64,000 nucleotides of DNA from Macrostomum lignano (taxonomy: Eukaryota): positions 1-64,000 of the forward strand of contig NIVC01002957.1 in assembly GCA_002269645.1 (NCBI GenBank), given 5' to 3'. The translations under genes were made by a program, and so were the position numbers. Position 1 is the first letter of the stretch; each line of letters starts with the position of its first letter. Below the pieces are notes generated by a model, which saw nothing but the letters and a program-made list of their open reading frames with translations, made no database searches and was not told the origin of the DNA. Shown here piece after piece: positions 35,701 to 49,235 of the stretch.

Positions 35701-38700
35701 CCTTCGCTGTGCAGTTCTTAATGGACGATCCGCAGAGCTCGGTGAGGCATCGTGGTTTGAAGGATTGGTTGCTGGGGTGTCGGATTAGTGTTGTATAAAC
35801 CCAAAATAGACATTTGAGTTGGGTGTCCGAAATACACCTGTTATTGTGGAGTATAAAATCATCGACCTGTTATTATTGGGACCTGTTATGGAGTCCAAAA
35901 TGGGACCTGTTATGGAGTCCAAAATGGGGCCTGTTATGGAGTCCAAAATGGGACCTGTTATGGGGTCCAAAATGGGACCTGTTATGGAGTCCAAAATGGG
36001 ACCTGTTATGGGGTCCAAAATGGGGCCTGTTATGGAGTCCAAAATGGGACCTGTTATGGGGTCCAAAATGGGGCCTGTTATGGAGTCCAAAATGGGACCT
36101 GTTATGGAGTCTAAATTAGGACCTGTTATGGAGTCTAAATTAGGACCTGTTATGGAGTCAAAAACGGGACCTGTTATGGAGTCAAAAACGGGACCTGTTA
36201 TGGGGTCCAAAATGGGACCTGTTATGGAGTCCAAAATGGGACCTGTTATGGAGTCCAAAATGGAACCTGTTATGGAGTCCAAAATGGAACCTGTTATGGA
36301 GTCCAAAATGGGACCTGTTATGGAGTCCAAAATGGGACCTGTTATGGAGTCCAAAATGGGACCTGTTATGGAGTCCAAAATGGGACCTGTTATGGAGTCC
36401 AAAATGGGACCTGTTATGGAGTCTTAATTGGGACCTGTTATGGAGTCCAAACTGGGACCTGTTATGGAGTCAAAAACGGGATCTGTTATGGAGTCCGAAA
36501 TGGGACCTGTTATGGAGTCCAAAATGGGACCTGTTATGGAGTCCAAAATGGGACCTGTAATGGAGTCTAAATTAGGACCTGTTATGGAGTCAAAAACGGG
36601 ACCTGTTATGGAGTCCGAAATAGGACCTGTTATGGAGTCCAAAATGGGACCTGTAATGGAGTCTAAATTAGGACCTGTTATGGAGTCAAAAACGGGACCT
36701 GTTATGGAGTCAAAAACGGGATCTGTTATAAAGTCCGAAATGAGACCTGTTATGGAGTCTAAATAAGGACCTGTTATGGAGTCCAAAATGAGACCTGTTA
36801 TGAAGTCTAAATTAGGACCTGTTATGGAGTCTTAATTGGGACCTGTTATGGAGTCCAAAGTGGAACCTGTTATGGAGTCCAAAGTGGAACCTGTTATGGA
36901 GTCCAAAGTGGAACCTGTTATGGAGTCCAAAGTGGGACCTGTTATGGAGTCCAAAGTGGAACCTGTTATGGAGTCCAAAGTGGGACCTGTTATGGAGTCC
37001 AAAGTGGAACCTGTTATGGAGTCCAAAGTGGAACCTGTTATGGAGTCTTAATTGGGACCTGTTATGGAGTCAAAAACGGGACCTGTTATGGAGTTCAAAA
37101 TGGGACCTGTTATGGAGTCCAAAGTGGAACCTGTTATGGAGTCCAAAGTGGGACCTGTTATGGAGTCCAAAGTGGAACCTGTTATGGAGTCCAAAGTGGA
37201 ACCTGTTATGGAGTCCAAAGTGGAACCTGTTATGGAGTTCAAAATGGAACCTGTTATGGAGTTCAAAATGAGACCTGTTATGGAGTCCAAAGTGGAACCT
37301 GTTATGGAGTCCAAAGTGGAACCTGTTATGGAGTCCAAAGTGGAACCTGTTATGGAGTTCAAAGTGGAACCTGTTATGGAGTTCAAAATGAGACCTGTTA
37401 TGGAGTCCAAAGTGGAACCTGTTATGGAGTCCAAAGTGGAACCTGTTATGGAGTCCAAAGTGGAACCTGTTATGGAGTCCAAAGTGGAACCTGTTATGGA
37501 GTCCAAAGTGGAACCTGTTATGGAGTTCAAAATGGGACCTTCTATGATGCGTTACATCGTGTTTAGAAAAATTCTTAGTTTAGTATGAAATTTTATGACT
37601 GGTGTAAAATATCCGAATCGGCATAAAAGTACAGCACAATGCAGGCACATCTTTGTCAACCCCCCCCCCCCCAAGGTGAAATACGGCGCCCCGGCCAGCA
37701 TGTGGGCCATGTACAACTTCACTGGCACCGGCTACACTCTGCACAGCTGGTCGCTAAGCAAAACTCCCACCCGCCTGATGGAGGCTTTCTATATTGACTT
37801 CCCAAAGCCGCCTGGCGCCCTGGCCGTGCTTAATAAGCTGGGCCACGATATCGCCGTTGGCCAGGTGGCCGCCAACGGCAGCGTCTGGCAGCACATGGTT
37901 GGCCACTCGCCGTACAGCGTCGCCTTCCGTCAGCAGGTAAAGTATGTTCCCGGTTTTAAGAAAATCTCCCTTAAACACGTCAAAATCTCCCTCTAATCCA
38001 TGTCAAAATCTCCCTCTAATCCGTGTCAAAATCTCCCTCTAATCCATGTCAAATCTCTCTCGAATCCCATGTCAAAATCTCCCTCTAATCCATGTCAAAT
38101 CTCCCTCTAATCCCATGTCAAAATGTCCCTCTAATCCCATGTCAAATCTCTCTCGAATCCCATGTCAAATCTCCCTTTAATCCCATGTTGAAATCTCCCT
38201 CTAATCCCTTATTAAAATCTCTCTAAAAGCATGTCAAATGTCTCTCTAATCCCTTATTAAAATCTTTCTAAAAGCATGTCAAATGTCTCTCTAATCCCTT
38301 ATTAAAATCTCTCTAAAAGCATGTCAAATCTCTCTCTAATCCCTTATTAAAATCTCTCTAAAAGCATGTCAAATCTCCCTCTAATCCCTTATTAAAATCT
38401 CTCTAAAAGCATGTCAAATCTCTCTCTAATCCCTTATTAAAATCACTAAAAGCATGTCAAATCTCTCTCTAATCCCCCCTTATCAAAACCTCCCTCTAAT
38501 CCTACGTCAAAAGCTGCCTCCCAAGCGCTATGAAAGAAACGGTCTTCTAATTACTACGAGTATAAAGAATCGATTTCCAATAAGTGCTGTAATAAGATTA
38601 AAATCACCTTTAAAACCTCTTTCCTGAATATTGCCAACATAGATTTGTGCACACTCCTAATTTAATAAGTGCCGCAGCTTCCTATCCAACCTACTGACAG

Positions 38701-39034
38701 TAGAGCATCGCTACTATTTTTGTCGCAGGGCAAAGCGGAGCTGCGAGTTCAGTCGCTGGACTCCAGCCTGGCCTGTCCGCGCACGGCCTCCTACGGGCCG
38801 ACCGTGTGGCCGGTGCCCATGAGCCCCGTGCCCGATTCCAAGGTTGCCGGCATCTCATTCAACATGCTTAACAATGTCTGGGATGTGAACTTCGTATTCT
38901 GGTATCCCTACATGCCTACGGAGGCCAACTTCCGGGCCCGCTTCCGGGTCGATTTGGCCGACCATCTGGACGACCTGACGGTTGATGGCGAACACCAGGT
39001 CGACGCGAAGTTGAACTGGCGCGACATTCTGTAA
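29763..39034 (+). CDS. Secreted GH38-like (DUF5054-type) glycoside hydrolase, ~775 aa; exons 29763-30260, 30598-30996, 34282-34704, 35301-35741, 37676-37936, 38729-39034
   Basis: Signal peptide, VHLMFMNHLDVGF, SDNSGPP, GDTWLQG, AEHTYG, FNMLNNVWDVNF. GT-AG sites give six exons that join in frame (all phase 0). Family call is from motif recognition. Confidence 0.8.
31200..34130. repeat. 11/22-bp minisatellite (GCTGTAGGATACTGTAGCAAGT) in intron 2
   Basis: About 2.9 kb of tandem units; source of the long spurious ORFs. Confidence 0.97.
34795..35165. repeat. 16-bp minisatellite (GAGCTCGAAACTTCAT) in intron 3
   Basis: Tandem degenerate units. Confidence 0.9.
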
Positions 39035-41603
39035 CAGCCAGGCCGCATCTACACACCGATTGAAACTTAATTTTATATTTACTACTGTTAGTAGCGAGTA
39101 AGTTAGTTCGGCTTTTTGTTTAGCTATGGTGGAAAGCAACGAATTATCTTTATATAACTTCGGGTGTCACTAAAATTTTTATCAATTTTTTAATTATTTA
39201 TTAATCCGTAATTCCTCTTTGTTTTTGTACATCATCGGCTGTTCGCATTGCCGCCGGGTGCCATTTCTTGGTAAATCCAGCTACTACTTTAAGTAGTTGT
39301 TGACATTCAAAATCAAATAAAAACTAGAAACATAATATAAGGGAACTCTGTGCGGTAATCAGATTGCCATGAATCTTGCGCGATTTTGTTTTCCTATTTC
39401 TCAGCATCTCAACTACTTACTTGGATCGATCGATCAGTAGTGTGTATAGTATGTTTTCAATACAATTTTAAAGGCTTTTTTAATTGGCGTTTAATGATTT
39501 TAATTTTTCCAAGAACTCATCCTTTTTTATTCGTAATGCACATTCTTAATCTTATTGAAAATTTTATTAAACCGGTAACTTATAACAATAAATAGAATCT
39601 GTATAAGCCTCATCTTGAAGTCTATTGATAAAAAAGTTTTGTTTAATTTTTTTTCTATTTTTGCTACTTGGATATTCGTTTCTATCTATAAATTGTGCTC
39701 TGTAAGCGCTGCAGTGCCAAGGCGATCCTCACCCTATCGCGATGAAGTTTCCAAATTGGTTCTTACTTCGATTAGTTAGTTTCAAGCTTTATTCAGATCA
39801 CCTGAGCAGTCAATAATCCCATTTGATCCCCTGATTAACACCTGAGCAGTCAATAATCCCAGTTGATCCCCCAATTATCACCTGAGCAGTCAATAATCCC
39901 AGTTGATCCCCTGATTATCACCTGAGCAGTCAATAATCCCATTTGATCCCCTGATTAACACCTGAGCAGTCAATAATCCCAGTTGATCCCCCAATTATCA
40001 CCTGAGCAGTCAATAATCCCATTTTATCCCCTGATTATCACCTGAGCAGTCAATAATCCCATTTGATCCCCTGATTAACACCTGAGCTGTCAATAATCCC
40101 ATTTGATCCCCTGATTATCACCTGAGCAGTCAATAATCCCATTTGATCCCCTAATTATCATCTGAGCAGTCAATAATCCCATTTGATCCCCTGATTATCA
40201 CCTGAGCAGTCAATAATCCCATTTGATCCCCTGATTGTCACCTGAGCAGTCAATAATCCCATTTGATCCCCTGATTATCACCTGAGCAGTCAATAATCCC
40301 ATTTGATCCCCTGATTATCATCTGAGCAGTCAATAATCTTATTTGATCCCCTGATTATCACCTGAGCAGTCAATAATCCCATTTGATCCCCTGATTATCA
40401 CCTGAGCAGTCAATAATCTTATTTGATCCCCAGATTATCATCTGAGCAGTCAATAATCTTATTTGATCCCCTGATTATCATCTGAGCAGTCAATAATCTT
40501 ATTTGATCCCCTGATTATCACCTGAGCAGTCAATAATCCCATTTGATCCCCTGATTATCACCTGAGCAGTCAATAATTCCATTTGATCCCCTGATTATCA
40601 CCTGAGCAGTCAATAATCCCATTTGATCCCCAGATTATCATCTGAGCAGTCAATAATCCCATTTGATCCCCTGATTATCACCTGAGCAGTCAATAATCCC
40701 ATTTGATCCCCTGATTATCATCTGAGCAGTCAATAATCCCATTTGATCCCCAGATTATCACCTGAGCAGTCAATAATCCCATTTGATCCCCTGATTATCA
40801 CCTGAGCAGTCAATAATCCCATTTGATCCCCTGATTATCACCTGAGCAGTCAATAATCCCAGTTGTTCCCCTAATTATCACCTGAGCAGTCAATAATCCC
40901 ATTTGATCCCCTAATTATCACCCGAGCTGTCAATAATCCCAGTTGATCCCCTGATTATCACCTGAGCAGTCAATAATCCCATTTGATCCCCTGATTATCA
41001 CCTGAGCTGTCAATAATCCCATTTGATCCCCTGATTAACACCTGAGCAGTCAATAATCCCAGTTGATCCCCTGATTATCACCTGAGCAGTCAATAATCCC
41101 ATTTGATCCCCAGATTATCACCTGAGCAGTCAATAATTCCATTTGATCCCCTGAATATCATCTGAGCAGTCAATAATCCCATTTGATCCCCAGATTATCA
41201 CCTGAGCAGTCAACAATTCCATTTGATCCCCTGATTATCACCTGAGCAGTCAATAATCCCAGTTGATCCCCTGATTATCACCTGAGCAGTCAATAATCCC
41301 ATTTGATCCCCTGATTATCACCTGAGCAGTCAATAATTCCATTTGATCCCCTGATTATCACCTGAGCAGTCAATAATCCCATTTGATCCCCTGATTATCA
41401 TCTGAGCAGTCAATAATCCCAGTTGATCCCCAGATTATCACCTGAGCAGTCAATCCCATTTGACCCCCTGATTATCACCTGAGCAACCCTCAACCCCAGA
41501 TGTCAGGCACTGCATGCCAGCTCACGAATATCCCGCAGCAGCTCCGTCTCGGCATTTTCTTAGAATCATCTGGCTCAATGCTGCATTAATTAGCGGCTAA
41601 AGC

Positions 41604-43825
41604 ATGGCCTCCCGCGGCAGCACCGGCAGCAGCGGCGGTGGCATCTACAAGTGCCCGCACTGCCCGTTCATCACCAACTCATCGCAGGGCCTGGGCCGCC
41701 ACCTGGTGCACCGGCACCGGCCCTGGAAATTCGCCTGCCGCCGGTGCGGCGAGCGGTTCTCTCAGCGGGGCCGCCGACAACGCCACGAGCTGCTGGCCCA
41801 CGGCATCGAGGCCGGCGCCGCCGACGCGGCCGAAGCGACTGAAGAAGGGACTGAAGAAACCGGCGTCGGTGGCGGCGGCAAAGACGATGGGGGCAGCGGC
41901 GGCGAAGGCAGCGTCGGCAATCGCTTGTCCCCTGGCGCGGCTGCCGGCCCGGCCAAGTCGGTCGGGCCTCGCGCGGTGCCGGTGCCGCTGGACCTGCAGT
42001 GCCGGGAGTGCGGCCGGCAGCTGCACTCGGGCAGCGGGTTCCGCAGCCACATGTGCCGCGTCCACCCGGTCAAGTGGGCCAAAATGCGCCGCTTAGCCCG
42101 AAACCGCTGGCGCCAATTCGGGAATCGGCGCCTGACAGCTGGCGGGAAAGCAAAAAATAAGCCGGCTCAGCAGGAGCACGAGGAAGCTGAGCAGTCGGAT
42201 GAAGCCGACGGAGCCGACAGTGACGCCGATCGGATCTCGCTGAACTCCAGCTCGGCCACGAATTCAACCAAAGCGTCGGCGGGTTCGGCCGCAACGGCAA
42301 CGCCGAACAACAAGCGGCCGGGTAAATTGTGCCCGATCTGCCATAAGCTGGTTGGCTTCACTAACTATTCCCGGCACATGCGCCGCTACCACAGAGAGGC
42401 CTGGTTAACCATGGGCGGACGGCCGCGGCTTAAGAAATCGGAGGCGGCTGCGGCTGCTGACGTCAAGAAGGAGCCGCCTGACTTGGCCGCAAAGCAGCCG
42501 GGCGAGAAGAGCAAGCTGCTGGTGAAAATAACCCGCCTGCAGTCGCTGCCGCAGGTGCTGCAGTCTGCCCAGCAACAGAAGCAGCCAGCCTCCAAGCCCG
42601 CAAGTGCAGCCAACTGTAAGTGCGGCCACTGCGGCAAGGTGCTGTCCTGCCGCACCACCCTGCTCCGGCACATCCGCAGCATGCACCGCGCCAATTACAT
42701 CTGCATGCGCTGTCGGCGAGGCTTCAACCGCAGGCAGCACGCTTACTCGCACATCACCAAGGTGCACCGGCTGCTGTCCCGGTCTGAAATTGAGTCTCTG
42801 CTCCGCTACGCCAACTGCCGCCTGGCCAGACAGTCGTCAGAGCCCGCCGCCTCCGATGCCACTTTCTCCGTGTCGCCTCCGGCCAGCCCAGTGGCATTGC
42901 TGGACACTGACGAATCCGTAGCAGAAGCGGCAGCGCACTGCCTGCGGCCAGGCCAGCTGCCCGACAAGTCCATGCCGCCGCCGCCGCCACCACCACCTCC
43001 GCCAACCACAATGCGACTGCAGCAGCAGCAGCATCCATCAGCTGCCGTGTCCTGCGACCTCGACGCCTCCACAGTCAGCGAGGAGGACGCGCTGATGTCG
43101 GAGCGGCACCAGTGCGACCTCTGCCAGCTGTCGTTTGTCTCGGCCGAGTTTCTAGCCAGCCATCGCCGCCTGTGCGACTCCTTCAGGCTTGAGGAGGTCC
43201 GCGTGCTGTCAGCCTGGTCGCTGGCCGATGCAACCGCGGCGGCTGAGGCGGCAGCGGCCGGGCCGCAGAGCACCCGGTGCCCGTTCTGCTTTGCCGAGGT
43301 GTCGCCCGCCCGACTGCAGCGGCATGTTCGCGATGCCGCGGCCGCCGAGGCCTCCGGCGCTGTCGCTGGAGCTGGCAGTCGACTGCACAGCCGGCCGCAG
43401 GTGTTGATGTGTGGCGCCTGCTACGAAGCTTTCCCAGGCTCGGAGCTGCTGCAGAACCACCAGGTCTGTTCGCTTGTCGTTGCAGAAAATTCTATCATTT
43501 TACTACTTTAGTAAGTAGCTTAAGCCTTTAAGCGCCAAAGGCCTTGCAAAAAAACGCAATTCCATTTACATCGCAGGTGTTGGTGCACCTGAACCCGGCC
43601 GACCGGTCCTTGCTGGGCAGGCGCTGTCCGGAGTGCCGGCTCTGGCTTATCGGCGACGCGGCCATGGCTGAGCACGAGGCGGCGGCGCACAGCGAACCCA
43701 CCATGTTCGGCTGCCAGGTGTGCCGTACCTTCTGCCCGAACCGGGTGGCTTTGGTTGCTCACTATCGCTGGGTGCACCTGCTGGACGGCGGCGAAGGCGA
43801 CGTGTTTGATGACGATTCGCTTTAG
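41604..43825 (+). CDS. Multi-C2H2 zinc-finger protein; join(41604-43463,43577-43825)
   Basis: Repeated CxxC..H...H fingers (CPHCPF, CRRCGERF, CGHCGKVL); intron 43464-43576 GT-AG, phase 0. Confidence 0.88.
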
Positions 43826-43914
43826 ACCTTAGCAACTCAGTGCTTATTTTAGCTATTTTTTCTGTTTAAAGTGAAAACATGTTCTTAGTTTTAACTTTTG
43901 TCTAATTGGCTCTG

Positions 43915-44170
43915 GTTGCTATACAGTTGCTATGGCGTTGCTATGCAGTTGCTATGCCGTTGCTATGCCGCTGCTGTGCAGTTGCTATGACGTTGCTATG
44001 CCGCTGCTGTGCAGTTGCTATGCCGTTGCTATGCAGTTGCTATGCAGTTGCTATACCGCTGCTGTGCAGTTGCTATGTCGCTGCTTTGCAGTTGCTATGC
44101 CGTTTCTATGCAGTTGCTATGCCGCTGCTGTGCAGTTGCTATGTCGCTGCTATGCAGTTGCTATGCTGTT
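43915..44170. repeat. 11-bp minisatellite (TGCTATGCAGT), present only in the right arm
   Basis: The left arm has only a short remnant at the matching position near 11775-11800. Confidence 0.85.
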
Positions 44171-47100
44171 ACTATGCTAAAAAAAGCTAAGGAACTTGGT
44201 AGCCAGCAGTTCAGTAGACAGGGGCAATGCAATTACAGAGAAATTGACAGTCGTTGTTTACCTGCACTCCTGTTTTATTTATCAATACCTAACAATGCAA
44301 TGCTTGAATTAAATCGTTTTATTTGTTTTATTTGCAATAAATCGATATTATTTTGTGCGCACTTTAAAACTAGCCGGATAAATTGAATGTACTTTTGCTA
44401 GCCTAGTGAGCAATCTGTAACTGCGCTTTTAATTTTCAATATAAACTTTGCCGGAAGTTGTTCTTAGTCACCAGCTTCCGGTTTGCTTGGCTTTCGCGTC
44501 AGTAAATTATGTAGTTCTGTATAGCTGTGCATTTTGTGTATTTTTAGCTGATTATATTACTCAATTCAATCAATTAATGTTAATGCAGACGCGTTTAATA
44601 ATATCTAGTGAATAAACCAGTGCAGTCTGTCTTTGTCTGCGGAGGCGCTTGAGAATGGCTGACAACAAACCGTAATTCTTCATGTTATTGCGGCTCTTTT
44701 TGATTAAAGAATAGCAATTTGTTAATGAAAGCAATTTGTTAATAGTCTACTATGTTAGCTGGTTCTCTTTTGATTGTCTCAGTCAGCTTAATTGTCACCC
44801 TGATTACCTGTTTGTGTGCTTCCTCATGCACTCGGCAGATGCTATGGGAAAGAAATGTTGATAAACAGTGTCAATGATGAAATGCTGTGATTATGAAGGC
44901 TAAAGTATAAAATATATACAAAAATATGCCAAACAAAGGTCTCCTCCGGCGCGCTAAATAAGCATCAGGGGCCAAAACAGCGTCAGGGGCCAAAACAGCG
45001 TCAGGGGCCAAAAGCATCAAGCGCCAAGCATAAGCGTCAGGCGCCAAAAATAAGCATCAGGTGCTAAAAAAAAGCATAAGGCGCCAAAAATAAGCAGCAG
45101 GCGCCAAGAATAAGCATCAAGCGCCAAGCATAAGCGTCAGGCGCCAAAAATAAGCATCAGGCGCCAAAAAAAGCATCAAACGTCAAAAATAAGCATCAAA
45201 CGTCAAAAATAAGCATCAAACGTCAAAAATAAGCATCAAACGTCAAAAATAAGCATCAGGCGCCAAAAATAAGCATCAAACGCCAAGAATAAGCATTAGG
45301 TTCCAAAAATAAGCAATAGGCGCCAAAAATAAGCATCAGGCGCCAAAAATAAGCATCAGGCGCCAAAAATAAGCATCAGGCGCCAAAAAAAGCATCAAAC
45401 GTCAAAAATAAGCATCAGGCGCCAAAAATAAGCGTCAGGTGCCAAAAATAAGCGTCAGGCGCCAAAAATAAGCATCAGGTGCCAAGAATAGGCGCCAAAT
45501 CAGGTGCCAGAAAAAGCATCAAACGTCAAAAATAAGCATCAGGCGCCAAAAATAAGCGTCAGGTGCCAAAAATAAGCGTCAGGTGCCAAAAATAAGCATC
45601 AGGCGCTAAAAATAAGCGTCAGGTGCCAAAAATAAGCATCAGGCGCCAAAAATAAGCGTCAGGTGCCAAAAATAAGCATCAGGCGCCAAAAATAAGCATC
45701 AGGCGCCAAAAGCAAGTAGTCGGGACGGCAGGAGCGCGTAAAGGACGCCAAAATCAGCAGCACTTTTAGAGAATTCCTGCCGATGGTTCGTCAAGCCCAT
45801 AACTTCCCGAACGGCATAACCTGCATAAGTTCGCTCCCCAGCCTTAATTAGGCGTCAAATGAATTTTACTCGAACTGGAAAACCCCAGTTGGTCTTTGGT
45901 CTAAATTTAGATCAAAGCTAAATTATTCATTTAACCTAAAGGTGCATTTTCGTAATAAACTCTATTAATATTGGTCCATTAATACAGTACTCAGGCTTGC
46001 ATTAACATCCTGTTAATAAGCTTCGTCATATTAATTATTTATTGGCTTTGGTCCAGCCTTTTTTTATACGTCTCGTGTCTAAACATGGTCTAAAGTCTGC
46101 TAAGTTCAACTGAGGATTTAAAACTTGAGTCGCACCTCGTTCTCAACATGGTTTCAAATTTCATTTAGAGATGCAAAATTGACTTCCTCTGAGTTCAGAG
46201 ATTCTTTAAATGAGCTCCATCCATGGACTCGCCTCAGAACTCCCAAAAAAACGCGCTGCCTCAGAGATCCCTAAAAATGAGCTGTCTCAGAGATACCTAA
46301 AGGTGAGCTGCCTCAGAGATCCCTAAAAGTCAGCTGTCTCAGAGATACCTAAAGGTGAGCTGCCTCAGAGATACCTAAAGGTGAGCTGCCTCAGAGATCC
46401 CTAAAAGTGAGCTGTCTCAGAGATACCTAAAGGTGAGCTGCCTCAGAGATACCTAAAGGTGAGCTGCCTCAGAGATCCCTAAAAGTGAGCTGCCTCAGAG
46501 ATCCCTTAAAGTGAGCTGCCTCAGAGATCTCAAAAAGTGAGCTGCCTCAGAGATCCCTAAAGGTGAGCTGCCTCAGAGATCCCTAATCAACCCTTGAAAG
46601 ATCCTGTTGAGGTGCCGGGCGTGTTTTGATGTACTGCACTGCACCTGACTCACCTGAGTCCAATAATGAGTAACTCCAACTAGCCAGCCAGCCTAACTAA
46701 CCAAACCGGCCTACTCCGGTGTACGCTGCTCTGCGTACTTTCTCTCTCTCTCCCCCTTGACATTATACGAGTAATATTCAGTAGTGATCGATTCTGAGTT
46801 TTAAGCCCACTTACTTGTTTGTCTTTTAAGCCTATATATTGGTCTCGCCACCTACCACCTCGTATCTCACAATCATTGCAATAATTCGCTCGTCTCAAAT
46901 ACACAACTTCGTACTTGACTCAAACCAAGCCTACGGGCGGCCTTGTCATCGTTTACTGGGCGCGACTCGACACCTGTAATGAACTGAAAGTTGAGCAATG
47001 AATCTCCACATTTTAATCCCGAATTTGTGGCACAAAATATTTCTGCACTAAACTCATGTCTAGCCAGTGGAAGTTTATTAACTTTTTATCTGCCATGTGG

Positions 47101-47454
47101 CTAAAATACGAATTTAGCTCAACAAACAATTTGAGCAGTCCCAGTATATTGTAGTTGGGCGTCCACCTTTAGATGCTCCCCTTTTCCGAGGCGGCACGTG
47201 CCAGATAAGATTAGAGATAAGAATAGCGCTCTTCAGCTCCCCCTGTCTCCACGATTAATTAGGTGCCACTTGCCCCGTCCGTTCCGCTGTCTCTGGCTGA
47301 CACCTGCGCCCGCCCGTGTCAGCTTTCAAAATTTAAATCTCAGATTTTGGATTCTAGTGACGAGGGAATGATGTTTTATGATATAAATGTATGAGCTACT
47401 TGGGATATTCTGGGAGTGCACTTTGTCTCGTGCTTTATCTTTCCGTTGCTGAAC

Positions 47455-47742
47455 TGTCAGTCAGTCAGCCATTCGGTTAGACAGTCAGTCAGACAGTCAG
47501 TCAATCAATCAGTCAGTCAGTCAGTCAGTCAGTCAGTCAGTCAGTCAGTCAGTCAGTCAGTCAGTCAGTCAGTCAGTCAATCAATCAATCAGTCAGTCAG
47601 TCAGTCAGACAGTCAGTCAGACAGTCAGTCAGACAGTCAGTCAGACAGTCAGTCAGTCAGTCAGTCAGTCAGCCAATCAGTCAGTAAGTCAGTCAGACAA
47701 CCAATCAGAAGGTCAATCAGTTAGTCAGTCCGTCAGACAGTC

Positions 47743-47797
<55 letters not shown>

Positions 47798-47935
47798 ACA
47801 AACAAACAAGAAGGTCAATCAGTCAGTCAGTCAGTCAGTCAGTCAGTCAGTCAGTCAGTCAGTCAGTCAGTCAGTCAGTCAGTCAGTCAGTCAGTCAGTC
47901 AGTCAGTCAATCAGTCAGTCAGTCAGTCGGTCAGT
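47455..47935. repeat. (CAGT)n microsatellite
   Basis: Tandem tetramers. Confidence 0.97.
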
Positions 47936-48923
47936 TTTATTAACCTCTGCCGCCCAAGGCTTGAAAGCGAGAGAGAAATTACACTGAAATGCGTTAGGCG
48001 GAAGACCCGCAGTCAGTGCCAAAGTGCGGCAACTTTTTCAGGCTTCATCGGGCTCGGAGAGGAGGCTGCTGCTTGAGTCTCCGAGTATCAAACAGAACTT
48101 TTCAGCAGTTCTCTGCTCTTCTTTATCAGAAGAGGGAGAAACGCCGCCTATTTCTGGCCGAAGCGTGTCGCAGCTGTCACTCTACTATAGTTCCTTGTTA
48201 ATGATGCTGCAATGATGTCGCATTACCTATGAGCTTCTATAGTGGAATAAATTGTGAGAAAAGATTCCTTGGATCCGAAGTATTTTAGTGCGTTTTAAGT
48301 TGTCTGCGTTATTCTGCAAAGAATACGAAACAAAAAGTTTTAAAAATAAGTGGAGTGAGTCCTCTGGCCTATTATGGTAAGTACCTGTCTGTGCGGCGCT
48401 CAATCGTAAGTCGTAAGAGTTATTATTTCATTTGTGCTCATTTCTTCTTTCGAAGATGAGTTCCTTTGTACTAAAGAATCTACTAGTAAGAGTTGATTGA
48501 TTGTTGAAAGTGCTAGCAAGTGAGCCTGTTTCTCTATAAGAATAGCTGCCATTTGATGCGTGCTCAACCGGCCAGTGAGCAGCCAGTCTGAGATCGAATG
48601 TTTTTAAAAGCTATTCAAATTTTTTTGAAATGCAATTTGTGTAGGTCACATTTCAGTAATTAAATCCATGCATTACATTTTAACAGAGCCAATGCAGCCA
48701 CATGGTGGCCTGCTCCGCAGCCAATCAGACTGGGTCGCTGCCCATAGCTCTTAGACAAATGCAAGAGCAGCCCCCGCCCACGCACTGCCGCCCCACCCAC
48801 CAAGCCCAGCTCATAAAAGTCTCCACAGGAGTCGAGCTGCTGTGCCCCGTCCCAAGGAGGAAATTTCAGAGTCCTAACGAGAACAGTCCAGGTAAATCAT
48901 TCAAGAACTGCCATTGCTGCGGG

Positions 48924-49235
48924 ATGTCCAACAGAGCCGCCCCTACCGCCGTCTGCGACTCGAAGAAGCCGTTGCTGCCGCTGTTGCTGCTGCCGCTGCT
49001 GCTGCTGGTGACCGGCGGCGCTAAAGCGGCGCCTCTGCAGTTTTCGGCGCTCTCGGAGGCGCCAGCCCGTGACGTCACCCATGAAGTCAGCGTCAGAGCT
49101 GTCGGCAAGCGCGGCGGCTGGCTGGTGCAGGTGCGAGACAAGGTGCTGCTGTTCAGGTCGGAGAGGGACGCCAAGGCGTTCCTGAGCAGCCACTATCACC
49201 ACCTGTGGGCTGTGAACCGGCCCCGGTTCGGCTGA
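48924..49235 (+). CDS. Neuropeptide F/Y-like precursor (103 aa)
   Basis: Hydrophobic signal peptide, GKR cleavage site, then a 39-aa peptide ending FRSERDAKAFLSSHYHHLWAVNRPRF-G-stop (amidated RPRF); AATAAA downstream near 49385. Confidence 0.8.
   Translation: MSNRAAPTAVCDSKKPLLPLLLLPLLLLVTGGAKAAPLQFSALSEAPARDVTHEVSVRAVGKRGGWLVQVRDKVLLFRSERDAKAFLSSHYHHLWAVNRPRFG

Larger units (their letters stand above)
35854..46585 (+). repeat. Right arm of ~10-kb inverted duplication
   Basis: Mirror of 8815-18997; inner boundary next to the 24-bp minisatellite, outer boundary inside the 26-bp satellite. Confidence 0.95.

Noticed and set aside
35785-37588. MESKMGPV / DSITGPIL repeat proteins (also 18127-18824)
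   Set aside because: 24-bp intronic minisatellite open on both strands.
8815-46585. Giant foldback or Polinton TIR pair
   Set aside because: The arms consist of host genes and cut through a host intron; no transposase, TSD or defined termini. An inverted duplication explains it better.
47300-47380. GCTGACAC/GTGTCAGC hairpin followed by CTAG as a Helitron 3' end
   Set aside because: Spacing to CTAG is too long and no matching 5' end or copies are visible.
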